Of a DNA stretch of 64,000 nt, positions 39,790-53,092 are shown piece by piece. The translations under genes were made by a program, and so were the position numbers. Each line of letters opens with the position of its first letter. The first letter of the stretch is position 1. Below the pieces are notes generated by a model. The model was not told the origin of the DNA, ran no database searches, and saw only the letters and a list, made by a program, of their open reading frames with translations. Origin of the DNA: Octopus sinensis (lineage: Eukaryota); contig NC_043000.1 of the NCBI RefSeq assembly GCF_006345805.1, forward strand, positions 119,846,001 through 119,910,000, read 5' to 3'.

Positions 39790-40250
39790 TTTTACTGTCT
39801 TTTACATGTTTCAGTCATTTGACTGTGGCCATGCTGGAGCACCACCTTTTTCTTTAGTCGAACAAATCAACCCCAGGACCTATTCTTTGTAAGCCTAGTA
39901 CTTATTCTATCGGCCTCTTTTGCCGAACCGCTAAGTTATGCGGACGTAAACACACCAGCATCGGTTGTCAAGCGATGTTGGGGGAACAAACACAGATGCA
40001 CAAACATATACGCGCACACATACATATATATATACATATATATACATATATACACACACACACACATATATATATATATGCATATATACGACGAGCTTCT
40101 CTCAGTTTCCATCAACCAAACCCACTCACAAGACATTGGTCGGCCCAAGGCTGTAGTAGAAGACACTTGCCCAAGGTGCCATGCAGTGGGACTGAACCTG
40201 AAACCATATGGTTTGTAAGCAAGCTAATTACCACACAACCACTCCTACAC
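39790..40250 (-). mobile_element. CORE-like SINE copy
   Basis: Reverse complement is colinear with 42197-42595. Confidence 0.85.
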
Positions 40251-40521
40251 CTCTTATATTCAACCCCTTCACTTAACTTCTTCCTGAACAGTGTTTTTCT
40301 TGGCTAAGTCCTATGATTTTTAACCATGATTGCAGTTGAGCAATATTGAGGCAGAAGGAACATTTGCATCTGTAATTCTTCAGCAAGGTCCTTGTGATCC
40401 TTGAAGGTCCATGTAAGTTATTTTGTTAAAATTTATCTGCAATATGCAAAACATTTGAACGATTTTTTTATACAGTTCCTAATAATATTTAATTATAAAG
40501 ATATATTAGAATTTTTTTTAA

Positions 40522-40743
40522 CCCTTTAGCATTTAAACCGGCCATATCCAGCCAAAAGTATTCTACCTGTTTTATGTTCGAACTGGCTAGATCTGGTCTC
40601 TCACACCGACCCTACAATATATTTTTTAGAAATTAACAGTTACCTCATCAAAATCTCATAGCTACAAGATAATGCATGATTAGTTCAAAACCATGTGGAT
40701 AAAAAAGCATTAATTTTGGCAGAATAATGTGAACACTAAAGGG
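40522..40743. mobile_element. piggyBac-type MITE (222 bp)
   Basis: TTAA|CCCTTTAG ... CTAAAGGG|TTAA. Other copies at 18220-18439, 44818-45038 and 2407-2627. Confidence 0.88.
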
Positions 40744-42196
40744 TTAAACATTGAATGGCTTTGAGGGTCTAGCCAAATAAAATGGGAATCAAAGGGGTCC
40801 AATGAACCCATTGGTAAAAAATGGTTGAGAAAAACTCATATATCAGTGAGATGGGATGCAAACAATATCAACCAAAAAAAAAACCCCAAAAAAGATAACA
40901 TTGAATAGCTGGAGGATCTACCTGAGTAAAATAGTAATCAAGGTGGTCCATAGGTAAAAATAGTTGAGAAACATTGATTTACATTGTTGTGTTACCGTTT
41001 TAACATGCTGAATGCAGGTATCTTCATGAACTTTGGATCCTCCGTGCACAGCTGGTCTTCATTTGTTGTGCTTCTCTGCTGATTCTTCTTATTTTCCTTC
41101 GTCAGTAAAGAACTCTTTCAGAGTAGTTTTACATTGGTCCTTAAAGCTCAGATTTGGGAATCCTATGCTTCTTCTTCCGTCTGTTAGTTCTTCAAGCAAC
41201 ACTTGCTTAGAGATTCAGTTGTAGACTTCTGAAATCAGACAGTAATATTAGTGATACAAGTAAAAACATTACCGTTGTTTACTGCAAAAAATAAGTAGAA
41301 AAACATGCAAAGGAAATAAACAGAAAAATGATTGTTGACAACGCTACAATTCTATGTAAAATAGTACAAAAATATTACAAAAATATTAATGGTGATTTTT
41401 TTTCAAAAGTATATGCTTCAGCCAAAGTTCAACTTAGAGATACAATTCTTGTGAAAGTAGCTACAAAAACTACCAGATTTGAGTATTAATTTTTTAAACC
41501 TGCTATTGGTAAAAAAAATAATCAAAAAGAAAAACAAGAAAAATATCATCAGTACTCCCATGATCCTTTGCGATTGAATGCAAAATGTTTGATAACCTGA
41601 TAGCCTGCCATTTTGTTATAATTTCCTTTAGAGTTTTGGAGCTGAGATGTCTTTGAAATGCTAATGAAATGCTAATAGATTTAGGAATGTTAATGCTCCA
41701 AATTGAACTCGATGGGTTAATAGGGGAATATCAAGAAATCCTTAGGAAAAATTCTGTGTTTGCATGTATGTGTGTGCATGCATGCATGCATGTGAGATAT
41801 ACGCAGACACTTTTATATATATATGTGTGATCTTGTGTGTTTTTGAATATTTTGTTCTAGTTTCTACTTTTATTAGATCAAACTTATGTGTCAAGTCTCA
41901 CCATAGGCACATCTGTGTTTGTATATGTACATGTACTGCATCTCGTTTGCTTTAATTTACTTTGTATTTCAGAATTTTCTGTTTATCTATCTATGTGTGT
42001 GTGCTTGCACATATGTGTGTTGGTATTTGATGTTTCATTGATTTGAGTGGCCTGCAGTTGCTCCCTATAAATTGTAACCTACTGAAGGTCGCATTGGTTT
42101 CCTTCTTTCACATCCAAGATGACTTTCGCTATTTTCCTGTGACTGAATGGCTCTGTAAATCGGTGAAGAATTTCATTAGCAACACTGCGACATATA

Positions 42197-42595
42197 GGCG
42201 TAGGAGTGGCTGTGTGGTAAGTAGCTTGCTTACAAACCACATGGTTCTGGGTTCAGTCCGACTGCGTGGCACCTTGGGCAAGTGTCTTCTACTATAGCCT
42301 CGGGCTGACCAAAGCCTTGTGAGTGGATTTGGTAGACGGAAACTGAAAGAAGCCCATCGTACATATGTTTTTATATATGCATGTGTGTGTATATGTTTGT
42401 GTGTCTGTGTTTGTCCCCCCAACATTGCTTGACAACTGATGGTGGTGTGTTTACGTCCCCATAATTTAGCGGTTCAGCAAAAGAGACTGATAGAATAAGT
42501 ACTGGGCTTACAAAGAATAAGATCTGGGATCGATTTGCTCGACCAAGGGTGGTGCTCCAGCATGGCCACAGTCAAATGACTGAAACAAAATAAAG
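42197..42595 (+). mobile_element. tRNA-derived CORE-like SINE (full length)
   Basis: GGCGTAGGAGTGGCTGTGTGGTAAG head, GGTTCAGTCC B-box-like motif, ACCTTGGGCAAGT core, internal (TA/TG)n, tail ATGACTGAAACAA. Confidence 0.85.
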
Positions 42596-43604
42596 AGAGT
42601 ATATGAAGCATTTTTTTGTAATCATGTATGAGATTCAACTTATATAATTTACCATGTATCACTTCACTAAGTCAGTGCAAAACACATGTTGCACACTTAC
42701 ACATGTACATCCTTTTCAAACACACACACACAAATACACAATCCTTTTTAAACTCACACAGGATTTTTAAGTGAATATGAATGATTTTTAAACAAGTGCT
42801 GTTTTCAAACTAATATGCATGTGCACAAACATATGCATTTTAAACAGAAAGATGCATATTTTAAACAGCTACATTCTCTGCACACACAGAAACACACATG
42901 CGCATTATTCAAAGGAATACATTTCAAAATGCATGCCACACGACACATGCACTCATACACATGCAGATGTGCACAACACTCACATACACAGAAACACACC
43001 ACCACCACCATCACTGTCATTGCCACAAACACCAGCATCACCACACTACCACCACCACCACCATCATTAGTCAGTGCAGGGTTCTGGTTTAAACATGCAC
43101 TGTGCCTCTGATGGGATAGAAATCATAGTTTTTAATTTAGTGATTTCTTCTTCAACAACCTGGCCTTCTACAATCTACAGCCCCTACATTCACACACAGA
43201 CACACATAGACACACACACACACAGATGTGTGATATTTTCTTATGTTAAACATTATCAAAAAAAAAACCGCAACATAGAAAGCCTCCCTGTAGCTCTGAG
43301 GCTGACACGATTCTCCTGATTCAAAGGGATTACTTTCTGGGTTAAGTTTACAGATGAAGCACTTGGTCGTTTATATTTAAAACAAAAGGGAATTGAAAAC
43401 ATGAGCGTACGGTAATTAGTAACACTGTAACTGACAAGTGACAGGTTTGTGCTTTGAGGTTTTCATTTGAAATTTTCTTCTTTGTTTTTAATATCTGACT
43501 AGTTTTTGCACAAGTTTAATACTTGGTTTTTGGGAAGGGTCATTATGCCAATAATATAGAAAGGGGCGGTGAGCTAATCATTAGCATGCCGGGCGAAATG
43601 CTTA

Positions 43605-44748
43605 GAGTTGCTTCTTTGAGCTGTTGCAAATGCTCTTTGCTCTGCAGTGGAGATCCTATTTCTTCTCAGCTGTGCGTACCTCTATTCATCACTTTGAGAT
43701 GCTCTGGATTTTGTAGTGCACAGTCTGTTCATTTCTTGGTGTGCTTTCCTTTCTGCAACTGTCTCTTTTTCCTGGACAGAGACATTCTTTTGGATGACCT
43801 TGACATTGTAGACAAGTTTGACACTTACTTTCTAGACATAGTTATATACAGGTGCAGAAGATAGTAAACAATGAAAATAACTGTGTAATGGAAATTATAT
43901 TTCTTTATACAACAGGCAGAAAGTACATAAATTTTTACTGAAAATAAATAATTATACAGGTTGAAGCAAAATTTGTCAGTGAACTAAAGAACCAGTATTG
44001 AAGGAACCAGAAAAAAAGCTGTTAACAGAAAAACACAAAACTGTTGCTGAAGTAAATAAGAAATTTGTAGGGAAATTAACTAACTGTACAGATTTAAGTG
44101 AAAATTTTGAAGTTACTTCTGTCAGTAAATTATGTATGAAATTACTTTCATCAGTAATTGTGAACTTCTTTCTGTCAGTAATTTGTCATCGGTGTTTGTA
44201 AATAGCAATTGAAAACTTAGTGAAAACAATAATGATTGAACTTAAAGAGAAAACAATGGCATCCGAAAAATGAAAGTGAAGTCAATAGAGAGTGAGTGAG
44301 ATATAGAGGGAGGGAGGAAGAGAGAGAGAGCGAGCTAGCTAGTTAGACAAATAAGATAGATATAGATAGATAGATGAGATATAGAGTGATACAGAGAGAT
44401 AGATAGAGATGGATAAAGATTTATATAAAGATAGATAGTGAGATATAGACATCACTGATGCTAGAAGACCAGAAGTAAATATTATTTTATTTTTATGACC
44501 AATGAATGTAATGGAGGCAATCAATTTCTGAAAGTTACTTCACGAGGAGTCACCTCCTTTCTCCATGTAACCCAGGACAGGTGTTTTTTCCCCAGGGGGC
44601 CTGTTACTTATTACGTAAAAAATTTTAATAGTCTAAAACCATCTCTGGAACATAAGTAATATATGTTCCCAGTTTGGAGAAAATCAGTTGAAAAATACAG
44701 CCGTTATAATCTTTCACCCACACGACAGAACGGGATTTATATTATAGA
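43605..44748 (-). mobile_element. Helitron 5' remnant with decayed STPR-repeat ORF start
   Basis: A|TCTATAATATAAA at 44748. ATG at 43839 gives MSRK*VSNLS..., then after a frameshift two 23-aa repeats, ETVAERKAHQEMNRLCTTKSRAS and QSDE*RYAQLRRNRISTAEQRAF. Confidence 0.55.
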
Positions 44749-44817
44749 TTTATATTATAGATATACATACATGTGCAATAAACTGGTTATACTTCCACAA
44801 TACACAAAATGTTTAAA

Positions 44818-45038
44818 CCCTTTAGCATTCAGAGTATTCCATCAAATGTAATGCTTATTTATTCACATTGTTTTAATTAATCATGCATTATCTAGTAGCT
44901 TAAAGATTTCTATGATATGATTGTATATTTTTAGCATAACATTGGATGGTAGGTGTGATAGGCTGGATCTGGCTGGTTTGAATCATAAAACAGGTAGCAT
45001 ATTTGGGTTGAATATGGCTTGGTTTAGATGGTAAAGGG
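44818..45038. mobile_element. piggyBac-type MITE copy (opposite orientation)
   Basis: CCCTTTAGCATTC ... GTAAAGGG|TTAA. Confidence 0.8.
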
Positions 45039-45113
45039 TTAATCAATTCCTAATGATATCTAAGCATTAAAATATAATAGGGAGCTTTTAGACATTGAAT
45101 GGCTATGAGGGTG

Positions 45114-45825
45114 TGTTGTGGGAGGATCCTGAACACCCCCATGTGACTGAAAGTGGACTATCGGATTTCAATAAATAAGAACTGTCTGAACTGTCAAGGT
45201 GTAGTTGATGGTGTTAGTTGGACTGTGTTAGTTTACTGTGTTAGTTCGATGATGTGTGTTGGTTTTGCAGTCGGTAGTTGAAAGGTGGATACTCTTTTTC
45301 TCTTTTAACTCTTTTACTTGTTTCAGTCATTTGACTGTGGCCATGCTGGAGCACCGCATTTTAGATGAGCAAATCGACCCAGGGAATTATTTTTTGTAAG
45401 CCTAGTACTTATTCTATCGTTCTCTTTTTGCCGAACCGCTAATTTACGGGGACGTAAATACACCAGCATTGGTTGTCATGCGATGTTGGAGGGACAAACA
45501 CAGACACACAAACATACACACACACACACACACACATACACACACATATATACGACGGGCTTCTTTCAGTTTCCGTCTACCAAATCCTCTCACAAGGCTC
45601 TGGTTGGTCTGAGGCTATAGTTGAAGACACTTGCCCAAAATGCCACATAGTGGGACTGAACCCAGAATCATGTGGTTGGTAAGCAAGCTACTTACCACAC
45701 AGCCACTCCTACTGAGTTTTGTACCTACGTCCGAATAGTAGTATGGAGTGTGTTCTGTGTTCATAACCAACTTGTTTTTTGTGTAATACCATTTTGCGCC
45801 AGATGTGTATATGAACATCATAACA
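45114..45825. mobile_element. Solo LTR (~290 bp once the inserted SINE is removed)
   Basis: TGTTGTG...CATAACA termini, 5-bp TSD GGGTG/AGGTG and an internal AATAAA. Interrupted by a SINE at 45294-45710. Confidence 0.65.
45294..45710 (-). mobile_element. CORE-like SINE copy (inside the solo LTR)
   Basis: Reverse complement is colinear with 42197-42595. Confidence 0.85.
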
Positions 45826-46067
45826 AGGTGCCATGCTCTGAGTACAACAGGATCCAAAGGGGTCCATAGGCAAAAAAATTTTTAAATGGTTGAGAACCAA
45901 TGGTATAAATGTGCATGAACACTTATGTATTAAGGTATTGAGTTCTTTTTCTTCAGTCTGTTATCACTAATGTAGTGTGTGATATGTGTGTGTATGTCTT
46001 TCTCTGTGTGTGTGCATGTTTATGTGTGTGTATGTCTGTCTCTGTGAATTACATGAAAAGTTTGTTA

Positions 46068-46461
46068 GGCGTAGGAGTGGCTGTGTGGTAAGTAGCTTGC
46101 TTACGAACCACATGGTTCCAGGTTCAGTCCCACTGCATGGCACCTTGAGCAAGTGTCTTCTACTATAGTCTCAGGCTGACCAAAGCTTTGTGAGTGCATT
46201 TGGTAGACGGAAACTGAAAAAAGCCCGTCGTATATATGTGTATATATATATATATGTGTGTGTGTATGCTTGTGTGCCACTGTCCCCCCCCCCCACATCA
46301 CTTGACAACCAATGCTGGTGTGTTTACGGCCCCGTAGCTTAGCGGTTCGGCAAAAGAGAATAATTACTAGGCTTACAAAGAATAAGTCATGGGATTGATT
46401 TGTTTGACTAAAGGCGGTGCTCCAGCAAGGCCACAGTCACATGACTGAAACAAGTAAAAGA
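46068..46461 (+). mobile_element. CORE-like SINE copy
   Basis: Colinear with 42197-42595. Confidence 0.85.
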
Positions 46462-46939
46462 GTATAGCTTAGAGAATAAACACACAGATTCTTGAACAGA
46501 GGAGACCGGTTCAATCTCAATTTACACCTCAGTCCAATTTAGTTGAACTGTTCCAGTAATGAGACGGCATATTTGGTTCGACACATATTGAGAATGAGAG
46601 AGAGGCACCCTCCCCCCACACACACACAGCTCTCCTACAGGCCATGCATGTGCATCGTACAATGATTGGTTGGTTAGCAGCTGAACGGTGTCGAGCTGGG
46701 TGTGGAATCTAGCCATAACACCTAGGTTTTAATTAGGCATGCTCTACTGCACAAAATGTTATTAACACATTTGTTCATGTGATTAGTGCTGACCTACCTT
46801 CGGCCAGCACCAACTTAGCTTGGGCTGGTGCCAAAATATTGCTAGACACAACCCCCATCCTGCACCCCCCCCTCCGGTCTAGTGTCTATCTCAAAACACT
46901 GTGATAAAATGGACATTAACTATAATGAAAACAGGAGTG

Positions 46940-47484
46940 ACAGTGCTGCTGCTGCTGGTGGTTGTGGTGGTGGTGGTGGTAGTGGTGGTGCTGGTTGTAT
47001 TTGTGGTGGTGGTTGTTGTTGTAGTGGTAATGCTCTGCTGGTGGTGGTGACAGCGTTATCATTGTAGTAGTGTTGGTGGTGGTAAAGATGATGATGTTGC
47101 TGATAGTGGTAGAGGTTATAGTGCTGGTAGTGGTGGTGGAGGTTTTGGTGGATGTGGTAGTGGTGGTAATGATGGTGGAAGCGGTAGTGGTAGTGTAGGT
47201 GTTAGTGGTAGTGATGGTGGTGGTAGAGGTGGCAGTGGTGGTAATGGTGGTGGAAGCAGTAGTGGTGGTGTAGTTGGTAGTTGTGATGGTGGAGGCAGTA
47301 AGTGTTAGTGATGATGGTGGAGGAAGTAGGTGGTAGTGGTGGTGGTAGTGATGGTGGTGGTAGAGGTGGCAGTGTATTTGGTAGTGGTGGTCAGACTGGT
47401 AGTGATGATAATGTTTCTGGTGTAGTGGTAGTGGTGGTTGTAGTAGTGCTAATGTCCTGATGTTCATGTTGATAGTGTTACAAC

Positions 47485-47520
<36 letters not shown>

Positions 47521-47530
47521 GCTACCATTA
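46940..47530. repeat. (GGT/AGT)n degenerate trinucleotide tract
   Basis: Directly visible. Confidence 0.95.
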
Positions 47531-48409
47531 ATGGTAGTTTAGTAGAATTGACAACGACTACAATGGTCCCTCAATTAATACTAGTGTTGGTTGAATTGTT
47601 GTTGTTGTTGTTTGTGGTATTGGTGCCAGTAAGAATGCTTGCTTAGTTTTTATGATGATGGTGATCACTCAGTAGCGATTATTGGTATTGACATTCTGTA
47701 TTAATGTTAATTGGAGCTGTTCTGTTTTTACGACTGTGATGACAGACCAGGTGTCAGCATTGATGAAAACGGTGACGCCAATAAGATTCAGTGGTGGTTG
47801 GATGATACAATGTCAGTTTTTTTGGTGCTGGCCAATTGCTCAGGTGTGAAAAACAAATGTTGGTGTCCACAGTCTGTTGTGGGTGTTAATAGAAATGTTT
47901 ATATGGCTCCTCTGATAACAAGCGTCGATGGTAAACAATATCACAGATGCAGCATTCATCATAATTATTATCATTATCATCATCATCATCATCATCATTA
48001 TTTCAAACTGTTGTTCATACTGGCATGGGTTGGATGGCTTGACAGGAACTGGAAAGGTCAGGGCTTGCACCAGGTTACATAGTCTGTTTCGGGTTGGTTT
48101 TGATGGTTGGATCCCTTCCTAACACGAGTGTATGGGGTTCTTTTTGCATGGCACCAGCACCAGTTTTATTTTTATGATGTACTGGCATGAGTGCTTTTTA
48201 TGTGGGACCATCACCAGTGCTTTTTATGTGGGACCATCACTGGTGATTTTTATATGGGACCAGCACCAGCTGTTTTTTTATGATGTATTAGCATGAGTAA
48301 GCATGGTAAAATAGATTGATAGCAGCATTTTCCTTTTATGGCAAAATAAGCACCTAATTCAGTAAAATTATGAAGGTTACTCTGATTACTATGCATAGTT
48401 ATTCTTTTT

Positions 48410-48613
48410 TCTTTTCCTTGTTTCAGTCATTTGACTGTGGCCATGCTGGAGCACTGCCTTTAGATGAGCAAATCGACCCCAGGACTTATTCTTTGTAAGC
48501 CTAGTACTTATTCTATCGGCCTCTTTTGCCGAACCACTAAGTTATGGGGTCATAAATGCACCAGCATTGGTTGTCAAGCGATGGTGGGGGTACAAACACA
48601 AACACATGCACAC

Positions 48614-48658
<45 letters not shown>

Positions 48659-48820
48659 TACATACGACAGGCATCTTTCAGTTTCTGTCTACCAAATCCA
48701 CTCACAAGTCTTTGGTCGGCCCGAGGCTATAGTAGATGACACTCTCCCAAGGTGCCACACAGTGGGACTGGACCCAGAACCATGTGGTTTGTAAGCAAGC
48801 TATTTATCACACAGCCACTA
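48410..48820 (-). mobile_element. CORE-like SINE copy
   Basis: Reverse complement is colinear with the family. Further copies or fragments at about 12630-12795, 19050-19570, 25240-25850, 26198-26500, 33887-34560, 50125-50510 and 60240-60645. Confidence 0.85.
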
Positions 48821-49256
48821 ATGAAAAATATTTCATTTTTTTTTGTAGATTAGGTAGGCATAATTCACCCCTGCTTTTCAATCTCAATATTTAAGCTACG
48901 TATAGTACTGCTGTAGTACACAAGCTGCATACACTCCTACAACACCGTTTTCTTCATGTGCTATAAAGGCAGAAATAGATCTGCCTTCAACTGAGACATG
49001 TGCCTGTGTTTCACTTATTTTTTTGTGTGTTTTACTACGTAAATGTCACTAACTGCCTACCCTGGGTAATTACTGACGGCCCATGCCTGGACTCAGCAAC
49101 TGTATGGGTCCACCTGTTGTTTGTGAACCTTATGACATATCCAATCCCACAGAACTTGTGCTTTTGGTACCCTTTGATCACATCATTCACTCTGCTCTGT
49201 TCTCAGACTATCTCATTTCAAATATAATAGGTAAGGTGAAAAGATACAGTTCTATA

Positions 49257-49496
49257 TGGCGTAGTGGTTAAGAGCGCGGGCTACTAACCCCGAGATTCCA
49301 AGTTCGAGTCCGGGCAGTGACTTGAATAATAATAATAGTAATAATAAACATTGAAAAATACCTTAGGAGTGAGAACCCAGGTTTGGAATTTCCCCAAGAC
49401 ACCTGATGAAGGCTGGAGGGTATATCAGCTGAAAAGTTGTGTTGACAACAAACTAGATGAGGACAAATATGTGTCAAATGTAAATAATATAAATAA
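49257..49496 (+). mobile_element. tRNA-headed SINE-like element with hammerhead-containing tail
   Basis: A box TGGCGTAGTGG (49257), B box GTTCGAGTCC (49302), (AAT)n spacer, then GACAC-CTGATGAA-GGCTG..CAGCT-GAAAA-GTT-GTGTT (49398-49443). A second, damaged tail copy lies at 734-862. Confidence 0.75.
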
Positions 49497-50057
49497 GATG
49501 AAGAGATGTTATAGTTAACTTATGTTTAAGAGTAAAGTCTGAAATCTGAGAAACTTCTTAAGAAATCTCATTATTTTTATAACTAGTTGCTTGTTTCATT
49601 AGATGACAATGATACACTCAAGTTATACTACGTATGCAGAGAATGCAGCTGAATTTGTACTGTTGACTTATATCCAAATGGAGGTTCATTTTGTAAAATG
49701 TCAGTTTAAGCCTGGGGCTTGATTTTTATTTCCCATATGTGCAGGCATGGCTGGGTGGTTAAGATGTTTGGTTCCCAACTATGTGGTTTTGGGTTCAGTT
49801 CAACTGAGTGGTATCTTGGGTAAATGTCTTCTACTACAGCTGCAGGCTGACCAAAGCCTTGTGAGAGGATTTAGTAAATGGAAACTGAAAGAAACCCAAT
49901 GTGTATTATTTCAAGTGCATCTTTACTCCAAAAGTCCTTATGAGGGGTCCTTTCAAGATAAATAACCCAGTATTCTCTGTTCTAAAACTGTTTCCCCATT
50001 AAGTTGGAGATCAAGATTACCTTTTGGTATAAATACTACCTTTGTTGCTGTTAATTA

Positions 50058-50096
<39 letters not shown>

Positions 50097-51418
50097 TGTG
50101 GCTGTGTGGTAAGGCACTTACTATAGGTGCAGGCATGGCTGTGTGGTAAGAAGCTTGCTTCCCAACCACATGGTTCAGGGTTCAATCCCACTGCATGACA
50201 CCTTGGGCAAGCGTCTTCTACTATAGCCTTGGGCCAACCAAAGGCTTGTGAGTGGATTTGGTAGATGGAAACTGGAAGAGGCCCATTGTATATATAAGTA
50301 TATGTTTGTGTGTGTGGTTGTGTTTGCTCCTCCCCCTGCTATCACTTGACAACTGATGCTGGTGTGTTTACATCCCCATAATTTGGTGGTTCAGCAAAAG
50401 AGACTGATAGATTAAATCCTGGGATCAATTTCTTCGACTAACACCCTTTAAGGCAGTGCTCCAGCACGGCCACTGTCAAATGACTGAAAACATGTGAAAG
50501 AGTAAAAGAACATACACACGCCACACACACACACTCATATAAATACATATGTGTGTGAGTGAGTGTATGTTTGTGTCCCTTTGTCTTGACATCACATGAC
50601 AGTTGTAAATGAGTGCCACTGTTGTACAAGCAGTGTCCTTCATTTCCAGTATTCTGCGGAAACATGTCTAGCCATGGAGAAATATTACTTTGCTCGGAAA
50701 CAGGTGAGGGTTGTCGATGGGATGCGAATCCAGCCATGGAAAATCTGCTCCAGTAAACTCCTCTGACCAAGCATGGAACAGTGGATGCTGAAATGATAAT
50801 GACCATAGTGGTAGTGGTGGTGATTGTATGTGTGTGTGTGTGTGTGCACGCGTGTGTATAACTGCTGTGCAATAGACCATAATGTCTTCAATACTCTCCA
50901 TATAGTTCTTGACACTTTTCTATCTGTTTGTCCATTCGTGTTATATGACTATACCATTTTAAAATTATTCCTCCCACTGAAAACAAAAAAAATACAAAAA
51001 GAAAACAAACTGAAAAAAAACATGCTGAGAAAAATAAAAAGAGAGATTTAATTTTTTTTTGAAAAGGGGAAAAAATGGCAAAATAATCAGAAAATTTCAA
51101 TATTATGCTGCCATGCAAAAACAGAAAAGAAGAAAACGGAAAAAAAGAGTCAAAATGCAGAATGGATTTCTAAGAATTTTTTAATGGAAACTCTCTCTGT
51201 ACGTGTTGCTCTTAATAAAATTTTTGGAGGAAACCAGGGTACTAGAATATTGGTAATCATAGTTACCTGCCTGCCTACCTGCCCATCACTTACTAATGAG
51301 TATCTATTGAAAAGGATGTTGATTCTGTGATATTTCTTCTCCTACAAGCTCCAAGCAAAAGTGACAGTGGGAAAAAGAGAAAGAGATTCATAGATGTGTG
51401 TGTGTAAATATCTATAGT

Positions 51419-51462
<44 letters not shown>

Positions 51463-51593
51463 GTATATATATATATATATATACACACACACATGTATGT
51501 ATATATGTATATATATATACATGTATGTATATATATATATATATGTATGTTTTTATATATATATGTATATATACACATGTATGTATTTGTGTG

Positions 51594-51631
<38 letters not shown>

Positions 51632-51815
51632 TGTATGTATATATATATGTATATATATATACATGTATGTATGTGTGTATATATATATATATATGTATTT
51701 ATGTTTTTATATATATATGTATATATATATACATATATGTATATATATATACATGTATGTATATGTATGTATATATACATGCATATGTATATGTGTGCGT
51801 GTGTATATAGATATA

Positions 51816-51858
<43 letters not shown>

Positions 51859-53092
51859 CAACACGTGTGTGTGTGTGTGTGTGCATATAACACACACACA
51901 CACACATAAAGAGAGAGGTAGGTTTCACAACTTCTGGCATTTGTCCAACACAGTCCTGAGCAATTTTCATTTTACTGATGCATACATGCTTCCCCAACTC
52001 CTCCCCCAATGGAGATCAATTCTCTGCCAATCAATTCTTATCATTATTATTATTATTTTATTTTTTATTTTTTTTAGACAAAATCCACCTGAAGCTATCA
52101 TTTATTTTCACCATCTGTCTCCTCCTCCATAGATAATCACTTTCCATTTTCTTTTTATTTCTTGTTTTATATTTTTGTTGTCATCATCATCATCATCATC
52201 ATCATCAGATTTACCCTCGTCATCACCCTCGTCATTGTTGGTGTCGTCATTGTCATCGAGGTAAGATAAAGCAGGAGTATAATTGGTAAAAACAAGGGGC
52301 CTCAGGGTACGGAGTTCAAATCCTTCACAGGGGAATCTTTCTTTTTTCACATTTACTCTCGTCATCATCACCATTGTCATCATCACTATTGTTGAAATTG
52401 TTCTTGTCATCATCATCATCATCATCAGTCATTGTCATCAATTGTCATCATCATCATCATTCTTATTGACATCATCAACCATCAGTCGTTATCATCATTG
52501 TCATCATCATTGTCACCTTCCTCATCAGTGTTCTCGTTATCACTACCATGATCATCATCATCATCATCATCAATCTTAAATTTTGATAACATTTTTTTTT
52601 TATTATTGTCCTCTGTATTGTCATCCTCAATATTATAATCTCCACCATCAATGTTAGTTTTTATCATCGCCATCATCTTCATCCTCATCATTGACTTGCC
52701 ATCATCCTCAAACGGAAGATAACACAAAGGCCTAATTGGTAAAGTGCTTGCTGAGCTTTGGGATACAAAGTTCAAATAGCTGTAGGAATTGTTTTCAAAA
52801 AATTTTATTGTAACCATCTTCATCACCATCATCATCTTTATTCTTTTACTCTTTTATTCTTTTACTTGTTGCAGTCACTAGACTGCGGCCATACTGGGGC
52901 ACCACCTTGAAGAATTTTTAGTGAAAGGAATCAAACCCAGTTCTTATATTTTTTTTAAAACCCTGGAACTCTTTCTATTGGTTTCTTTTGCTGAACTGCT
53001 AAATTAAAAGGATGTAAACACACCAACACTGCTTGTCGCACTGTGCTGGTGAACATGCACAAACACAGACAGACACAAACACATACAAACAC

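Larger units (their letters stand above)
44772..45902. mobile_element. hAT-type MITE remnant hosting nested insertions
   Basis: Right end AATGGTTGAGAACCA. Internal sequence is shared with 12465-12610 (which begins CAGTGGTTCTC) and with 40381-40830. Confidence 0.6.

Noticed and set aside
49257-49320. tRNA gene
   Set aside because: A and B boxes are present but there is no acceptor stem or T-run terminator, and the sequence continues into a repeat body. Treated as a SINE head, as are the other tRNA-like heads.
51398-52132. 244-aa and many other YI/CV/HT-rich ORFs
   Set aside because: (TA)n/(TG)n microsatellite artefacts.
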